Of a stretch of 64,000 bases of DNA, positions 12,318 to 26,420 are shown piece by piece. Numbering within the stretch: the stretch's first letter is position 1; each line of letters opens with the position of its first letter. The notes under the pieces are model-generated. The model saw nothing but the letters and a program-made list of their open reading frames with translations, ran no database searches and had not been told where the DNA came from. The translations under genes and the position numbers were made by a program. Origin of the DNA: Octopus vulgaris (taxonomy: Eukaryota); assembly GCA_951406725.2 (NCBI GenBank), contig OX597815.1, positions 178,994,001 through 179,058,000 on the forward strand. The letters are read 5' to 3'.

Positions 12318-12853
12318 GCAAGGTGTTCAAAAAGTCTCTCAGCAATAAGTATTTTATTGCAAAATAAATATTTATAAGATGGTTATAAGACTACAAAAGA
12401 ATATATTAGACTTTACAAGACTTTTAAAATCTTTATAAGAGGTGTTGAAAGTGTCGTCCTTCATTTTTGATACATAAGTTGACTCTTCTCCACATATTTT
12501 GAAAGACATATTGGAGAGTCTGACGCGGTATGGACCTTGTGAAGGTTATGATTGCGCTTTTTAGGTCATTAATGGTTTTCGGGCGATTCTTGTACACTGA
12601 TCCTTTACTTGCTCCCCAGAAAAAAAAGTCTGGTGGTGTTAAATCAGGTAATCTTGGTGGTCAAAGTCCCTTCGAAACACCCGTTCAACTAAAAACGCAC
12701 GTTCTTCAATAGTTAGCATGTCGACACGCTGAAGGGTACACAATGACTGACGGACAATGGCTGACACCCGGCCGCCCACGCAGTGATGGTCAAGTTGCGC
12801 ATGCGCAGGATGAAAAAATTCACACTGTGGTGAGACGTTTTGAACACCCTGTA
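12318..12853 (-). mobile_element. Non-autonomous Tc1/mariner-superfamily element (rosa/DD41D-like)
   Basis: TIRs CAAGGTGTTCAAAAAGTCTC / GAGACGTTTTGAACACCCTG-TA; internal *PPRLPDLTPPDFFFWG...VYKNRPKTINDLKSAI matches the WPPRSPDLTPxDFFLWG motif. Confidence 0.8.
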
Positions 12854-13394
12854 TAAGTGTTTATGCTTACGAATTCATTGAATAAACATTTGAAGCTGAT
12901 TGGGCAAGAACTGTTCAAAATAAAGGAATACAGTTGAATAAAAAAAGGCAATTGATAGTAATTGAAAACAGCAGAAACAATACGTGAGTCGAATAAGTTT
13001 AGAATACACAGTAGGGACGGGTAAACAAATATATAGAATACGACAGACATTGTCTGAAATAAGAGACTGCAAGTGACTAAAATAGAATATGATTGAATTA
13101 AGCCAAAAATCAAAATAAGGGCGAATGAAAGCAACAGAAAAATTACTAATTATAAACTAAATGAAAAGAAGGACGAATTAAAATAACAAACCGCTGTGTG
13201 AGAGAAAGAAGAGGGAGAAAAGAAATATAATATTAGTCTCGAATTTTGGCACAAGGCCAGCAATTTCGGGAAAGGGTTTAAATCGATTGCTTAATGATTC
13301 TACCAGTTCGCCGCTATGGAAAGAAATATATTAAAGTGCAACTATTTATGGCGGGAATATCGTAAGGATAGCCGGCTCTCGTGCCAGCTCGCAG

Positions 13395-13610
13395 CGTCTG
13401 CCTTTCCGGTCTCGGTTGCTGAAGACGAGATAACCACTCCGAAATGTATGCATCTAACAGTCTAGATAGGGGGCGCTGTGAGCTGAGTCGGTGTATTTAC
13501 ACTTATTTATTTTACAGCAAGAAATTGCCCATGACAAAACACAATGAATGGCTTTCTTACGGGTTCGAATATGCCTCACGCATAGTTGAACCGGTAACAA
13601 GTTAATACTA
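13395..13610 (-). mobile_element. Fragment homologous to the 34243-34452 part of the mariner remnant
   Basis: TCTGCCTTTCCGGT..GTTGCTGAAGA...GGCGCTGTGAGCTGA...CCATGACAAAA occurs at both loci. Confidence 0.65.
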
Positions 13611-15226
13611 AAGTTATAAATTAGAAGAGAGAGGGAAGAAAGCAAGAAGCACAAGATGGCTGCATAACGTTGAAATTCAAGTATCATTTATAACCTGCAG
13701 CTAAGGGCTGGGGGAAGAGGTAGAGGTAATTTGATAACAAACAATGTTAGAATGATGATTTCAATAAACAAGGGCAAAACAAAACATTGAGTGGATATTA
13801 AATAAACCAAATTAGATAGTAATGAAAATGCAAGGCTCGAAGACACACACACACACACACACACACACACATTAAAAGACAATAAACCATATTCAGTTTG
13901 CGACAAAAATATGTAGAAAACCCGAAAAAAGCACAGAGAAAATATATTATCTATTTATATATTATTATATTATATTATAATGTATTATTAATGAAAATAC
14001 TAATCACACAGACATAAAAAAATTTCTTTGTCCGGAAAACAGTAAGAAAAGACAAATGACAAAAGCAGACGATAAACGTCAAAACAGGTTGGTTGCTCCA
14101 TATAAACTTTGCCAATCAAATATCGATCTTTTAAAATAATCCAGTCTTTGTCGGACACTTTACGTGTGTCTTTTCTCGATTGTCGATTTTTGTTCATACA
14201 ATTTTCACCACAGTATATTTTGCATTTTATGTGTTTTCCCGATCCATTACCCTTATCGTTGAAGGCATAAACCATACAAGCTTTATTCATCGTTATTTAA
14301 AATTTTCACCGTAATAATTATCTATATATATGTATACAATCATTAGCGCCCTCTGTATATACAAATGCGTGCATACAGGTACATGTATGTTAGGATGTAC
14401 GTGTTTATATTTGTGCATATATGGATATATACACATATGGGTTTGTAAATACGTGTGTTATGTACGTGCCCACGGTTGTATGTATATAGGGTAATTACTA
14501 TATTTGAAGCAGAAACATCCACACTGTTTTGTTTGGCTGTTCTTCTGCTTTTCGGACAAAGAAAATTATAATGCTTGTGTGATGAATACTTTGATTATTA
14601 ATATAATAATCCTTTCTACTACAAGCACAGGGCCTGAAATTTTGTGGGAGCGGCAAATAAAATAAAATATAATCCTCCAATTATAACGGGTATAACAAGA
14701 AAAATAATTATCATGAATGCATGGGCTGTGACGATAACATTATATAGTTGATCATCATTAAGAGGAGATCCTGGTTGTCCTAACTGTTTGAATTATTAGA
14801 CTTAAGGAAGTACCTATAAGTCCTGATCAAATTCCAAAAATGAAGTATAATGTGCCAAGATCTTTGTGATTTGTTGAGAATATTCATCGCATATAATAAT
14901 AATAAAGGAATAAAAATGATTGTTCCTAGTAAGTTAAAACACATGATTGATTTTATATTTGTTATTTTATTTTATTTGGGACGGTAAAGTCGACCTTGAC
15001 GGAAATTTGTTTTTGACTGATTGTTCGAATTCTTTGTAAAACTTTTTTGCGCTCAAAGATACCGTATTTGAGATGCGGCATTCCTGATTCTCTTGTATCT
15101 ACCCGCTCTTTTCTCAACTAGAAACCCTCACATTACTAAAGTAAAGTAACGGCTTGACTTGATGAGATTTTGTCAAGCGAGTGGATTAGACGAAGAGATT
15201 CAGTAGAATACTCTTTTGCAGAATCG

Positions 15227-15482
15227 CTAAGTTATGGGGATATAAACAAACAAACACCGGTAGTCAAGCGGTAGTAGAGGAAAACACAGACACAAAAACA
15301 CACAGATATACATACATATATACAATAGGCTTCTTTCAGTTTCCGTGTACCAAACCCCCTCACAAGTCTTTGGCTGGCCCGAGGCTGTAGTAGAAGACAC
15401 TTGCCATAAGTGCCACGCAGTGGGATTGAACTCAGATCCATGTGGCTGGGAAGTAAACTTCTTTATCACACAGCCAATGCCG
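15227..15482 (-). mobile_element. SINE family C, partial
   Basis: Same head and body as 10389-10843. Confidence 0.8.
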
Positions 15483-15529
15483 AGAAACACTCGTTGTTGC
15501 TTTTGATGGTAGTGGTAGTAGTAATATAT

Positions 15530-15762
15530 ATTTCTTTATTGCTCACAAGGGGCTAAACACAGAGGGGACAAACAAGGACAGACAAAGGGATTAAATCGAT
15601 TACATCGACCCCAGTGCGCAACTGGTACTTAATTTATCGACCCCGAAAGGATGAAAGGCAAAGTCGACCTCGGCGGAATTTGAACTCAGAACGTAACGGC
15701 AGACGAAATACGGCTACGCATTTTGTCCGGCGTGCTAACCTTTCTGCCAGCTCGCTCGCCTA
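15530..15762 (-). mobile_element. SINE family M monomer, tail A
   Basis: Full head, core and tail TCCCTTTGTCTGTCCTTGTTTGTCCCCTCTGTGTTTAGCCCC. Confidence 0.9.
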
Positions 15763-16557
15763 CTAGTGGTAGTAGTAATATATTTAGTAGTAGTGGTGGT
15801 GATAGTGATAATAGTGTCATTACGATGGCAGAATCGTTGATGGTGTAGGTAAGACTGATTGACGAATGTCTGGGGATTACAGAGGTGATGATTGTTGGTT
15901 TGATGGAAATTTCAACGAAAGTAATAACGATGGCAGCAGTGGACATGATGGCGGCGACGATGAGAGTGGTGAAATGATGAAGATGATAGCACCACTTTAG
16001 ATCATCAAAGTACTGCTTGGTATTTACTACAGGATGGCGGTGAAGGCGAGAACGAAAGCGAACAATTTGATAAGAATGAGGATTTGAAGTAATTTTCAAA
16101 CGAATTACAGTCGTGTGACATTATTGTTGTTGTAATATTGTTTTTGTTGATATTCACACCAACGTCGATGCCGCCGATGCTAGCCAACTATTATGGTTTC
16201 TGACATCTATTTTGATTCATATAATCGCTCTGATTAATATAATCGCCTTACACACGAAACAAATACATTGATGAGTTTAATCTTTTCATTTAATTCTACA
16301 TTGGTAAACTAATGGAAATATCTTCAAATACACTTCTTCTCTACATTAAGTAGATATTAAAATCAGAAATTGTCATTTAGGCCTACTAATTGTTTCAGAT
16401 TTTGGCACTGGGTCAGCAGCCTTTTTTTTAAGAGAAAGAGGGTTTCGTCTATTATATTGCCTCCTGTACGACTGGCACTTATGTCGGTTTTTTGCCTGAC
16501 GCCGTAAAGCTTCTTCAAGCTCTCCGCCTTCGCATTGGCTAATAATCCTTTCTACCT

Positions 16558-17200
16558 AAGGCAGAAAGCTGACAGAATCATTACCGCATCGGAGAATATG
16601 CTTAGCAGCGTTTATTCAGAATTTATGATCTGAGATCGAATGCCGCAGGGGTCGACTTCGCCTTTCATCCTTTCGGGGTCGAGAAATAAGTACCAGTTGA
16701 GAATTGGGATTGATGTAATTTACTCCTTCCCCCCGAAATAGCTGTCCTCGTGGCAAAATTTAGAACCAATAATCCTTTATACTATAGACACAAGGTCTGA
16801 AATTGTTGCGGAGAGGACGAGTCGATTACATCAACCCCAGTATTTTAGTGTTACTTAATTTATCGGCCCCAAAAGAATGAAAGGCAAAGTCGTCCTCGGC
16901 GAAATTTGAACTCAGAACGTAGCGGCAGACGAAATACCGCTAAGCATTTCGCTCGGCTTGCTAACATTTCTGCCAGCCTGTCGCCTTTCATCGTGGAGAT
17001 TAATAATCTTTTCTATTATAAGCACAAGGCCCGAAATTTGGGGGAGGAGGAATAGTCGATTAGATCGACTCCAGTCGATTCTGAAAGGATGAAAGGCAAA
17101 GTCGACAGGGGCGGAATTTGAACGCAGAATGTAGCGACGGACGTAGCTAAGCATTTCGTCCAGAGTGATAACGACTCGGCCAAGCTCGCCACCTTTCATC
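16558..17200. mobile_element. Cluster of three SINE-M copies (one +, two -), tail B
   Basis: Core motif found three times; a short flank CCTTTCATCGTGGAGATT is duplicated at 16984 and 17192. Confidence 0.8.
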
Positions 17201-17667
17201 GTGGAGATTGATAATGACACACAATGCCAGTTGTACGCATTGAAATGAAGTGGCAGAACATATAGCGAGTTAGTGTTGAATTCTGATTTTTTTCTGAGTT
17301 CGAATTCTATTGGTGGTCTTTTGTACTAATGAAAATCTTAAAATATAAACCATTAATACAGGAGTGGCAATTTAATCGACACCATTCCTTCCTCTACAAA
17401 TAATCTGTTCGGCGTTAATGTAAGAAATATAAATCCAGTTTAGGTCTTCTGTATACCATTTCAAATGTTATTAGTCAAATGTGGACGTCCATCTCTTCAG
17501 GATGAATTGCTGCTGCTACCGTTTTTGTTGTGTCAGCTTTGCTGGAACAATCACCAAAGGCATAGAACCAATTTAACGCAGGGGTACACTGGATAGTTGC
17601 CATGGGTAGAGTGCTGGGTCCAGGGGCTCAATGTTAGGCTACGTATGCTACACTTCACCCCAACCAC

Positions 17668-17908
17668 ATGGGGTCGATATAATCGACTTTATCCGTTTGT
17701 CTGTCCTTGTTTGTCCTCTCTGTGTTTAGCCCCTTGTGGGTAGTAAAGAAATAGGTATTTTTTCTGTCTTTACGTTCTGAGTTGAAATTCTGCCGAGGTC
17801 AACTTTGCGTTTCATCTTATTGAGGTCGATAAAATAAGTACCAGTTGAGAAATCGACTTAACTCTTCCCCGAAATTGCTGGCATTGTGCCACAATTTGAA
17901 GCCAATAT
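17668..17908 (+). mobile_element. SINE-M composite: 5'-truncated tail-A unit + second unit
   Basis: Junction AAAGAAATA|GGTATTT at 17753/17754. Confidence 0.85.
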
Positions 17909-19207
17909 TAATATATGGTCAGGGCGAAGAATTTCACTGCTCCTAATTTCGCTGCCTCTTCTCAGAGATTAAGTAGCTAAACAGTGCAGCGACTTCTGAC
18001 CTTTTTATCAATGGCATTCATTACAGAGAATCAATAATCCACCGAGAACCCTTTTCAAAGATTTAAATAATAAAACAATATTTCCCCTAAATTTTCTACT
18101 TTAACATTTGACATTTTCTGGAGAAATTTTTCCTGTTTTTGGTGTTGTATTAAGTTTGTGTCGTAACGGTTGCGACATACTGTATCAAATATTTCGTTCA
18201 GTTCCTTTCTAAAGCTTTGTGTTTTATATCAGAAATATATGTTCAAAATGGCGGAAGTTTGTAAAGAAGTTGTTGGAAGATTTGTTTCGAAAGAAAACAT
18301 TAAAAGAAATGAGAAAGATGTGAATTTAAACAAACATAATTTCTTCGAAAATGTGACGCATTGCATAACATACGTACGCACGCATACACAAACATGGAAA
18401 CACCCTCGCACATATAATTTACATATACAAATAAGTTTATAAAAAGAAATCTGTGTGTGTGTGTGTGTGTGTAATATGCGTACATATTGTCTCTCGTCCT
18501 CTCCTAATATCTCTTTGTTTTTACATTCGTGTAACACTGTTTTGTTATTGATCCTTTTTCTTTTCGCCTCCGTCTTGCTATGTTGTTGTGTGTTTCAATC
18601 ATTGTTAGATTTCCTATACATAAATCTAATTCTGCTTGATATATTTCCAAATTTTCTCCTCCTATTTTTCTTATTTCTTGCCTAGAAACACTAGCAAAAT
18701 ACATTTTCCTCCTGCGCTATTCTAATCCAGCTTAATCTGCTCCACTGTTCACAATATATACATTTCTCTTTTCCTTTCGTTCTCATGGATTTTGGAAATA
18801 TTTTGTTGAAACTCCAAATCTTAAATTTTTCTTCTGCTTAAACATTTTTATAATTATTTTAACAATATTCTGTTTAGTTTTCTTGTAAGAATGTGCGGTT
18901 GTCATTTCAATATTTCTACAGGCTCTTCTTGGATTTCTTTCGCTTTCCTTACTTATATCCTTTAACTCCTCCTTTCAATCTTGTCCATATAATTTGATAA
19001 TATAAAAGACAAGATCATGCACACAGACATTAGAATTTCGTTGTCTCATAATTTTCCTTTTATCGTTTGCCTTATATTTTACCTTATTTCAGTTACTGGA
19101 CAGCGGCTATGCTGGAGCAAAGCCTTGAAGGATTTAGTCGAACAAATCAACCCCAATACTTAGTTACAGGGACGTAAACATACCACCACCGGTTGTCAAG
19201 TAACAAT

Positions 19208-19474
19208 GAGGAATTCTTTGAGGTTTGAATAATTCGCTTCTGGAAACACATGTGTTTTGTTCATCATCCTTAGGTAACCCTTATTCAGGGAGGGACCTTT
19301 TGAGCGGGATGGGCTTCTCGGCCTGAGGAAAGATTCTAACTGGGCCCCACCTGCAATGTCATGCTCGATATATGTTGATAGGAGATCACCATGTCGCGCA
19401 GTCATGATGGGTATACTGGGCTTCGTATATTTATACCGCAGAGTCACTTCGATGGCATGGGTTGCTCTCTCACT
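19208..19474 (+). mobile_element. 3' half of the non-coding (AAT)n-associated element
   Basis: Matches 56240-56559 and ends CTCTCTCACTC(AAT)n. Confidence 0.8.
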
Positions 19475-19484
19475 CAATAATAAT

Positions 19485-19876
19485 AATCCTTTCTACTAAA
19501 GGTACAAAGCCTGAAATTTTGGGAGCGGGGACTAGTCGATTACATCGATCACAGTGCGTAACTGGTACTTAATTTATTGACCCCGAAAGGATGAAAGGCA
19601 AAGAAGACCTCGGCGGAATTTGAACTTAGAACGGCAGACGAAATACCGCCAAGCATTTCGTCCAGCGTGCTAACGATTCTGCCAGCTCGCCACCTTAATA
19701 ATAATAATAATAATCCTTTCTATTATAGGCACAGGGCCTGAAATTTGAGGGAAGGGATTAAGTCGATCCCAGTGTTTCACTGGTACTTAAGTTATCGACC
19801 CCGAAACGATGAAAGGCAAAAGTAGACCTCGGCGGAATTTGAACTCAGAACGTAGCGGCAGATGAAATACCGCTAA
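19485..19876 (-). mobile_element. Two tandem SINE-M copies (tail B) separated by (AAT)n
   Basis: Core motif and tail found twice. Confidence 0.85.
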
Positions 19877-20445
19877 AATTATGATAATAAAGCTTACGCC
19901 ATCTTTTTTTCACCACATAAGCAATTCTAATTACATATTCAATGCTAATTGCATTAAATACCATAAGTCTATATTTTCACACACACACATCATATATTTG
20001 TGTGTGCGGGGCTTCAGAAATCTTTACCAAATATAGACCATACTAATATCTTAATTTTACTTAACTTTTCATTTAGTTTGCCAGTTATCGTAATTAAATA
20101 TCGGACACTTCTAATCAAATGACTTATCTAAATGAGAAACCTTATTATGAGCATTTAATTTTACGAAAAAAAATCGAAATTCAAAATCGAAATTTTTTTA
20201 CAGTGATTGTCTGCGAAAGAAGGTCGACTTCGGGAATTTTCAAAAAGGAGTCATGTTTAATGCTTTCAATATTTTGTTATTTTGTTTCTATTTCGTTCTA
20301 CCAAAGAAAGAAACAGGTTTTCTTTCATCTTACAATGTCTAACTGCTCTTATGAAGAACCTCCCTCGGCGAGAATTGGTGCCACTTTTGGTCACACAGTT
20401 TTTGTTTGATTAATCTACCATATCTTAATTTTTTTGCCATAGAGA

Positions 20446-20790
20446 CATCATCATCATCATTTAACGTCTATTGTTCATTCTGGCATGGGTTGGACGGGGC
20501 TGGTAAGCTGGAAGGTTGCACCAGATTCCAGTCTCTGATTTGGCATGGTTTTCTTTGGCTGAATAACCTTCCTAACATCAATCACTCAGTGAGTGTGATG
20601 GGTACTTTTACGTGCCACCGGCAGGGGTGACATTGGCGTGACACCGGTATCTTCCACGACTGCGATTTTGCTCGACTTGACAGGCCTTCTTCTCAAGCAC
20701 GACATAATGCCAGAGTTCTGTCATTGTCTCCGTGAGGTCCAACACTCGAAAGGAACTCAGCTGCTTTGCCTCCGTGAGGCCCAGTTATGT
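20446..20790 (-). mobile_element. RTE-type 3' end (SINE or non-autonomous LINE) with (GAT)n tail
   Basis: Minus strand reads TTGATGTTAGGAAGGTTATTCAGCC...CCGTCCAACCCATGCCAG...CGTTAAATGATGATGATG. Confidence 0.55.
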
Positions 20791-21229
20791 ATCTAATATT
20801 ACATTACATGAGTATACTTATAAATAACTTCCTTATTTATGCGTAGTTTAGGTGTAGTCACATTTTACTAAAGGTTGCAGGGCTGGCTGAATCGTAAGCA
20901 GGCCTGGTAAAATACGTTTTTGTTCTGAGTTCAAATTCTGCGTATTAGACTTTGCCTTATCACTCGGGGTCGATAAAATAAGTATCAGTTGGACGCTTAG
21001 GTCAATGTAACTGACCAATCTTATCCCCCTACATTGCTAAAATTTGAACCCAGTATTACAATAACTTAGATAGGTTTCGGCCATATAGGCCCAGGCCGTG
21101 TCTAACTTAATAGCACCACCGGGTGAAGTCTTTTAGATCGTGATTCACACCTTAGTTACATACGGGGCACCATGGCCCACCTTAGCAAAGTGTTATTGTT
21201 GTTGGAGACATATCCGGGTGTAGGAGGTT

Positions 21230-21625
21230 CTTTTATTTGTTTCAGTCATTTGACTGCGGCCATGCTGGAACACTGCCTTTAGTCGAGCAAATCGACCTCA
21301 GGACATTATTTGTAAGCCTAGTGCTTATTCTATCCTTCTCTTTAACCGAACTGCTACGGGGACGTAAACACACTAACATTGGTTATCAAGCGATGTTGGG
21401 GGGACAAACACAGACACAAACATATACACATACACAAACATATACACATACACATATTTACATATATATATACGACGGGCTTCTTTCAGTTTCCGTCTAC
21501 CAAATCCACTCACAAGATTTTGGTCGGCCTGAGGATATAGTAGAAAACACTTGCCCAAGGTACCGTGCAGTGGGACTGAACACGGAACCATTTGGTTGGT
21601 AAGCAAGCTACTTACCACACAGCCC
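21230..21625 (-). mobile_element. SINE family C
   Basis: Near full-length match to 10389-10843. Confidence 0.9.
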
Positions 21626-22081
21626 CAACTCTTCCAGGATTTGTTTTGAGAAATTTGTCCAGAGAATTTTTGAATTTTATGGGATCCACTTTCGTTTTGA
21701 TGTATTTTTGTATAATATTAAAGAGAGCTGAACCGGTTGAGGTAAAGTAATTGTGACGTAATGTTGTTATGTATTTTGAGCTCAATTTTTGTAGTAGGCG
21801 GATAGCATGGGGCCAAGTCTTGGGTGGATTTTAAAATTGATGCCAACATCATTTGAGCAATATTGATGGAATATTTTCCACATCACACAAATGATGTAGC
21901 GCTCATGGTGGCGTTGAATATATTTTTAAATAACTTCTTTATTAATGAGTAATTATGGTGTAATTTAAAGGAAGCGTCGCTACTACAAAAGAACTGCCAT
22001 AAAGAAAGCAAGGCACTTGATCATGTGACTTGTTTATCCGCTAACTTTTGATCCTCAACATAAAGACTGAACATTATTTTT

Positions 22082-22472
22082 TACAGGGTACAGGGCCCGA
22101 AATTTTTGGGGAGGGGGGGCAATTGAATAGATCGACCCCAGTACGCAGCTGGTACTTAATTTATCGACCCCGAAAGGATGAAAGGCAAAGTCGACCTCAG
22201 CGGAATTTGAACTCAGAACGTAAAGACAAACGAAATACCTATTTCTTTACTACCGACAAGGGACTAAACACAGAAAGGACAAACAAGGACAGACAAACGG
22301 ATAAAGTCGATTACATCGACCCCAGTGCGTAACTGGTACTTATTTAATCGACCTCGAAAAGATGAAAGGCAAAGTCGACCTCGGCGGAATTTGAACTCAG
22401 AACGTAACGGCAGACGAAGTACCACAAAGCATTTCGCCCGGCGTGCTAACCTTTCTGCCAGCTCGCCGCCTT
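22082..22472 (-). mobile_element. SINE-M composite (tail A + tail B)
   Basis: Junction AAAGAAATA|GGTATTTCG at 22240/22239. Confidence 0.9.
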
Positions 22473-22899
22473 CAGAAATTAAAAAATTATGATTCTGTGT
22501 ATTTGTCAAAAAAGACTGGAAGGAGACTAGCTGTTTCCCGTTAAACACAACCTTATAGAATTATATTAGAGTCATTTAGGAACGTTTTATTTTTGATAAT
22601 AGTAACTAAAGCCACACTATATAGCCTTCTTAGATTGTAATTTGTAGAAAAGCTGTTTTCAAACTTTTTCCATCGTGATTCATTTTGTTAATATCTGAGA
22701 TTAATTTTAAAAAACAAATGTTTAAATAAAAGAACAATTATGCGAAAAACATAATATATCAATATGTGACAAGTTGGATGCAACACGTGGAGATGTAATA
22801 AGTGAGATGTAACAAGTTAATAATTTCTGGAGATGTTTTGGAATAACTGACAAAAGATAATCAATACTTATTCAATTGTTACTTAATTACACAACTGTA

Positions 22900-23533
22900 T
22901 GGAGGCACCTGGCTTAGTGGTTAGGGAATTCGGGTCGCGGGTTCAATTCCCGGCGACGCGTTGTGTCGTTGAGCAAGACACTTTATTTCACGTTGCTCCT
23001 GTCCATTCAGCTGGCAAAAATGAGTTGTCCCTGTATTTCAAAGGGGTCAGCCGTGTCACACTGAATCTCCCCGAGATTAAGGTACGCATTAAGGGTACAC
23101 GTGTCTGTGGAGTACTCAGCCACTTGCACGTTAATTTCACGAGCAAGCTGTTCCGTTAATCGTAACTGACGGAGTGCTCCTTTGTGGAGGTGCAATGACC
23201 CAGTGGTTAGGGCAGCGGACTCGCAGTCATAGGATCGCGGTTTCGATTCCCAGACCAGGCATTGTGAGTGTTTACTGAGCGAAAACACGAAGCTCCGGCA
23301 GGGGGTGGTGGCGATCCCTGCTGTACTCTCTCACCACAACTTTCACACTTTCTTCCTGTTTCTGTTGTGCCTGTATTTCAAAAGGCCAGCCTTGTCACAC
23401 TGAATCGCCGAGAACTACGTTAAGGCTACACTTGTCTGCGGAGTGCTCAGCCACTTGCACGCTAATTTCACGAGCAGGCTGTTCCGTTGACCTGATCAAC
23501 TGGAACCCTCGTCGTCGTAACCGACGGAGTGCT
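22900..23533 (+). mobile_element. Two tandem tRNA-derived SINEs with different heads and the same 3' tail
   Basis: 22900-23180 and 23185-23533 both end ...GCTGTTCCGTT...CGTAACYGACGGAGTGC. Confidence 0.85.
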
Positions 23534-24570
23534 GTAGTACACTAATGTGACAAGTTGGAAGAAAATACAAACGTTTATAAAGAGAATGAAGTCCGTTTTC
23601 ATTGAAAATCTCTTGTCCAGTGCTTATAGTAGTCCACCACTAAGTGTGTAGAAGGAGGAAGGCAAAGGGAGCAAAGCTTGCGAGAAAGAGGTTTGCTTGT
23701 GTGTGAGGTGTGAGTGTGTCTATGTATGTGTTTGTGAGTTGTATGTTTGTGTTCGTGTGTGAAAAACTCTCTTCGTAACTAAAAGGTAAAACTGTGTGAG
23801 AACGACCGAAGAGATTCGCCGTTTCTTTAATTTTTTTTTAACAGGTATCGCGAATACTTAGCCGTGTTAAAGCCGAATTAAGTCACCGAAATTAGAATTG
23901 TTTGGGATTATATAGATTCACATAAGATGGCGAATTTGGAAAAGAACATGAAGACCAAAGTTTTAATTCCTGGTCACAAAACCATTGCATACTTCCTTCT
24001 TGCTTTTCTTGGAAAAGTTTTCCTCATTTTGTGGCGTTGTTGAAGTAAACGCTGTCCTAATTCTTTACTCTATAACATATTTAATTTAGTACCTTTATCA
24101 ACTATAAACATTGTATATACATTAGCGGTATTTCGTCTGTCGTTACTTTCTGAGTTCAAATTCCGCCGAGGTCGACTTTGCCTTTCATCCGAAAGGATGA
24201 AAAGCAAAGTCAACCTCGGCAAATTTGGACATCTTTGAAGGATATTCCAATACCTTCTAGAAAAGAATATATTTTGAAACTTATTAATATTAAGAATTTT
24301 TAAAATTTTAACTTTTGAATTTTATATATTTTTTATTAATTAATTTTATTTCTATGTATTGGTTTATGATTTTCACTGTTTGAGTTGCCTAATAGTGGTT
24401 TTATCTCTAATTTATATAATATATATATTTATACTATAAAATTAGATTTAATCCTAAATCTAATTTTTCCCTGTAAGTTTGGATTTACTCCCTAATTTTA
24501 TTATATATATATATATATATATATATAAACACACACGCACACACACACACATGTATGTATGTATGTATGG

Positions 24571-24613
<43 letters not shown>

Positions 24614-24755
24614 ATATAGAGGGCATTATACATACATGCCAGAAGGCATTATATATACATGCCAAACGCTAAGAGGGACAATTAGTCATTTCTACCAAAA
24701 ATATTACTAATCCCACCGAATGCAATTTTTCAAAGTAAGACATTTAAAAAAATAT

Positions 24756-24803
24756 AGACCTGTATCACAGTGATTTCATACTTACGTACTCATCAGCAGG
24801 CCT
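24756..24803 (-). ncRNA. Complete type I hammerhead ribozyme
   Basis: AGGCCTG-CTGATGA-GTAC GTAA GTAT-GAAA-TCA CTG TGA-TA^-CAGGTCT: 7-bp stem I, 4-bp stem II with GNRA loop, 4-bp stem III, NUH site AUA. Confidence 0.85.
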
Positions 24804-25705
24804 GAATGCATTATAAATAAACAACGACCCTGCCCCGCTTAAGTCGATCAGCTAACTGTTCAACATCAACGAAGCACATGGGTGAGTTTACATATATTAC
24901 ATCCGGTCAAATGGCAAACTTTTACGAATTGCATTTCGGGAGAGGAAAAGTTTGCTAAATTGCTAAATTTATATATATATATATGTATATATACATGTAT
25001 TTATAAGCGCAGGCGTGACTGTATGGTAAGAAGTTTGCTTTTCAACCACATGATTCCAAGATCAGTTCCACTGCGTGGCAGCTTGGGTAAGATTCTTCTA
25101 CTATAGCCCCGGGCCAAGGCCTTATGTGGGGATATGATAAATGGAATGAAAGGGCCCCATCGTATTCACACACACACACATATATTATATAAAATCCGTT
25201 CTGTGTGTTTTTGTGTGTGTCTTCTAGGATCTCGGGCATCCTCCATCGGATTGCGCTCAAATTAGATATGTAGATACCGACGGTATCAGGGCGCGTATAA
25301 GTCTTGAAAAAATTACAAAAATCGATTCCAGGTGAGAATGCGATCGATAAAGCCGTGCGAACGTGCATTTGTACGCACAAGTACATCAGCTGTTGTGATC
25401 GATACTACGCGTACGCGAGGAAATGCACGCCGGGTGGCTTGAAATAATGCCAAAAATGCAGTATATTTAAGAGACCAAAAAATGTATGATGCAAAAGAGA
25501 TATTTTCTTCAAACTTGGCATGAAGGAAGGAAAGACTATTTGGTTTCTCAAAAAGTTTTTTTTTTGCCTTAACTTCGTTTAACAAAACCGAAAATTTTAT
25601 TGAAATAAAGGCATGCTTAATTATTTTTGATGAAAAGAAAACACTGATTGCTTTTTATTCAGCACCGTCCATTTGACTGTGGTGGGAGGGAGTTTTGCTC
25701 GTGTG

Positions 25706-25748
<43 letters not shown>

Positions 25749-25999
25749 GTAAATTTATACGTATATATGTATATATCTATGTGTGTGTCTATGTCTGGGC
25801 TTGTTCCCCACCAATGCTTAACAACCGCTGATGATGTGTTTACGTCCCCGTAACTTAGCGGTTCACTAAAGAGAAAGAATAGTACTAGGCTTTAAAAATA
25901 AATCCTGGAATCTATTTGTTCGTCTTAAACCCCTTCGGATAAAACTCATTCAAGGCGGTGCCCAAGCATGGCCATAGTCAAATGACTAGAATAATAAAA

Positions 26000-26420
26000 A
26001 TATATATGTGTGTGTGTGTGTGTGAGTGTGTGTGAGTGTGTGTGAGTGTGTGTGAGTATGTGTGTGCGAGTGTGTGCGCGAATGTGTGTGTGTGAGCGAG
26101 TGTGTGTGTGTGTGTGAGCGAGTATGTGTGAGCGTGACTGTGTGTGTGTGTGACTGTGTGTGTGTGTGACTGTGTGTGTGTGTGACTGTGTGTGTGTGTG
26201 ACTGTGTGTGTGTGTGTGACTGTGTGTGTGTGTGACTGTGTGTATGTGTGACTGTGTGTATGTGTGACTGTGTGTATGTGTGACTGTGTGTATGTGTGAG
26301 TGTGTGTATGTGTGAGTGTGTATGTGTGAGTGTGTATGTGTGAGTGTGTGAGTGTGAGTGTGTATGTGTGAGTATGTGTGAGTGTGTGTATGTGTGTGTA
26401 TGTGTGTGTATGTGTGTGTG
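26000..26420. repeat. (TG)n-derived compound microsatellite with higher-order TGTGAC/TGTGAG units
   Basis: Seen directly. Confidence 0.95.
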
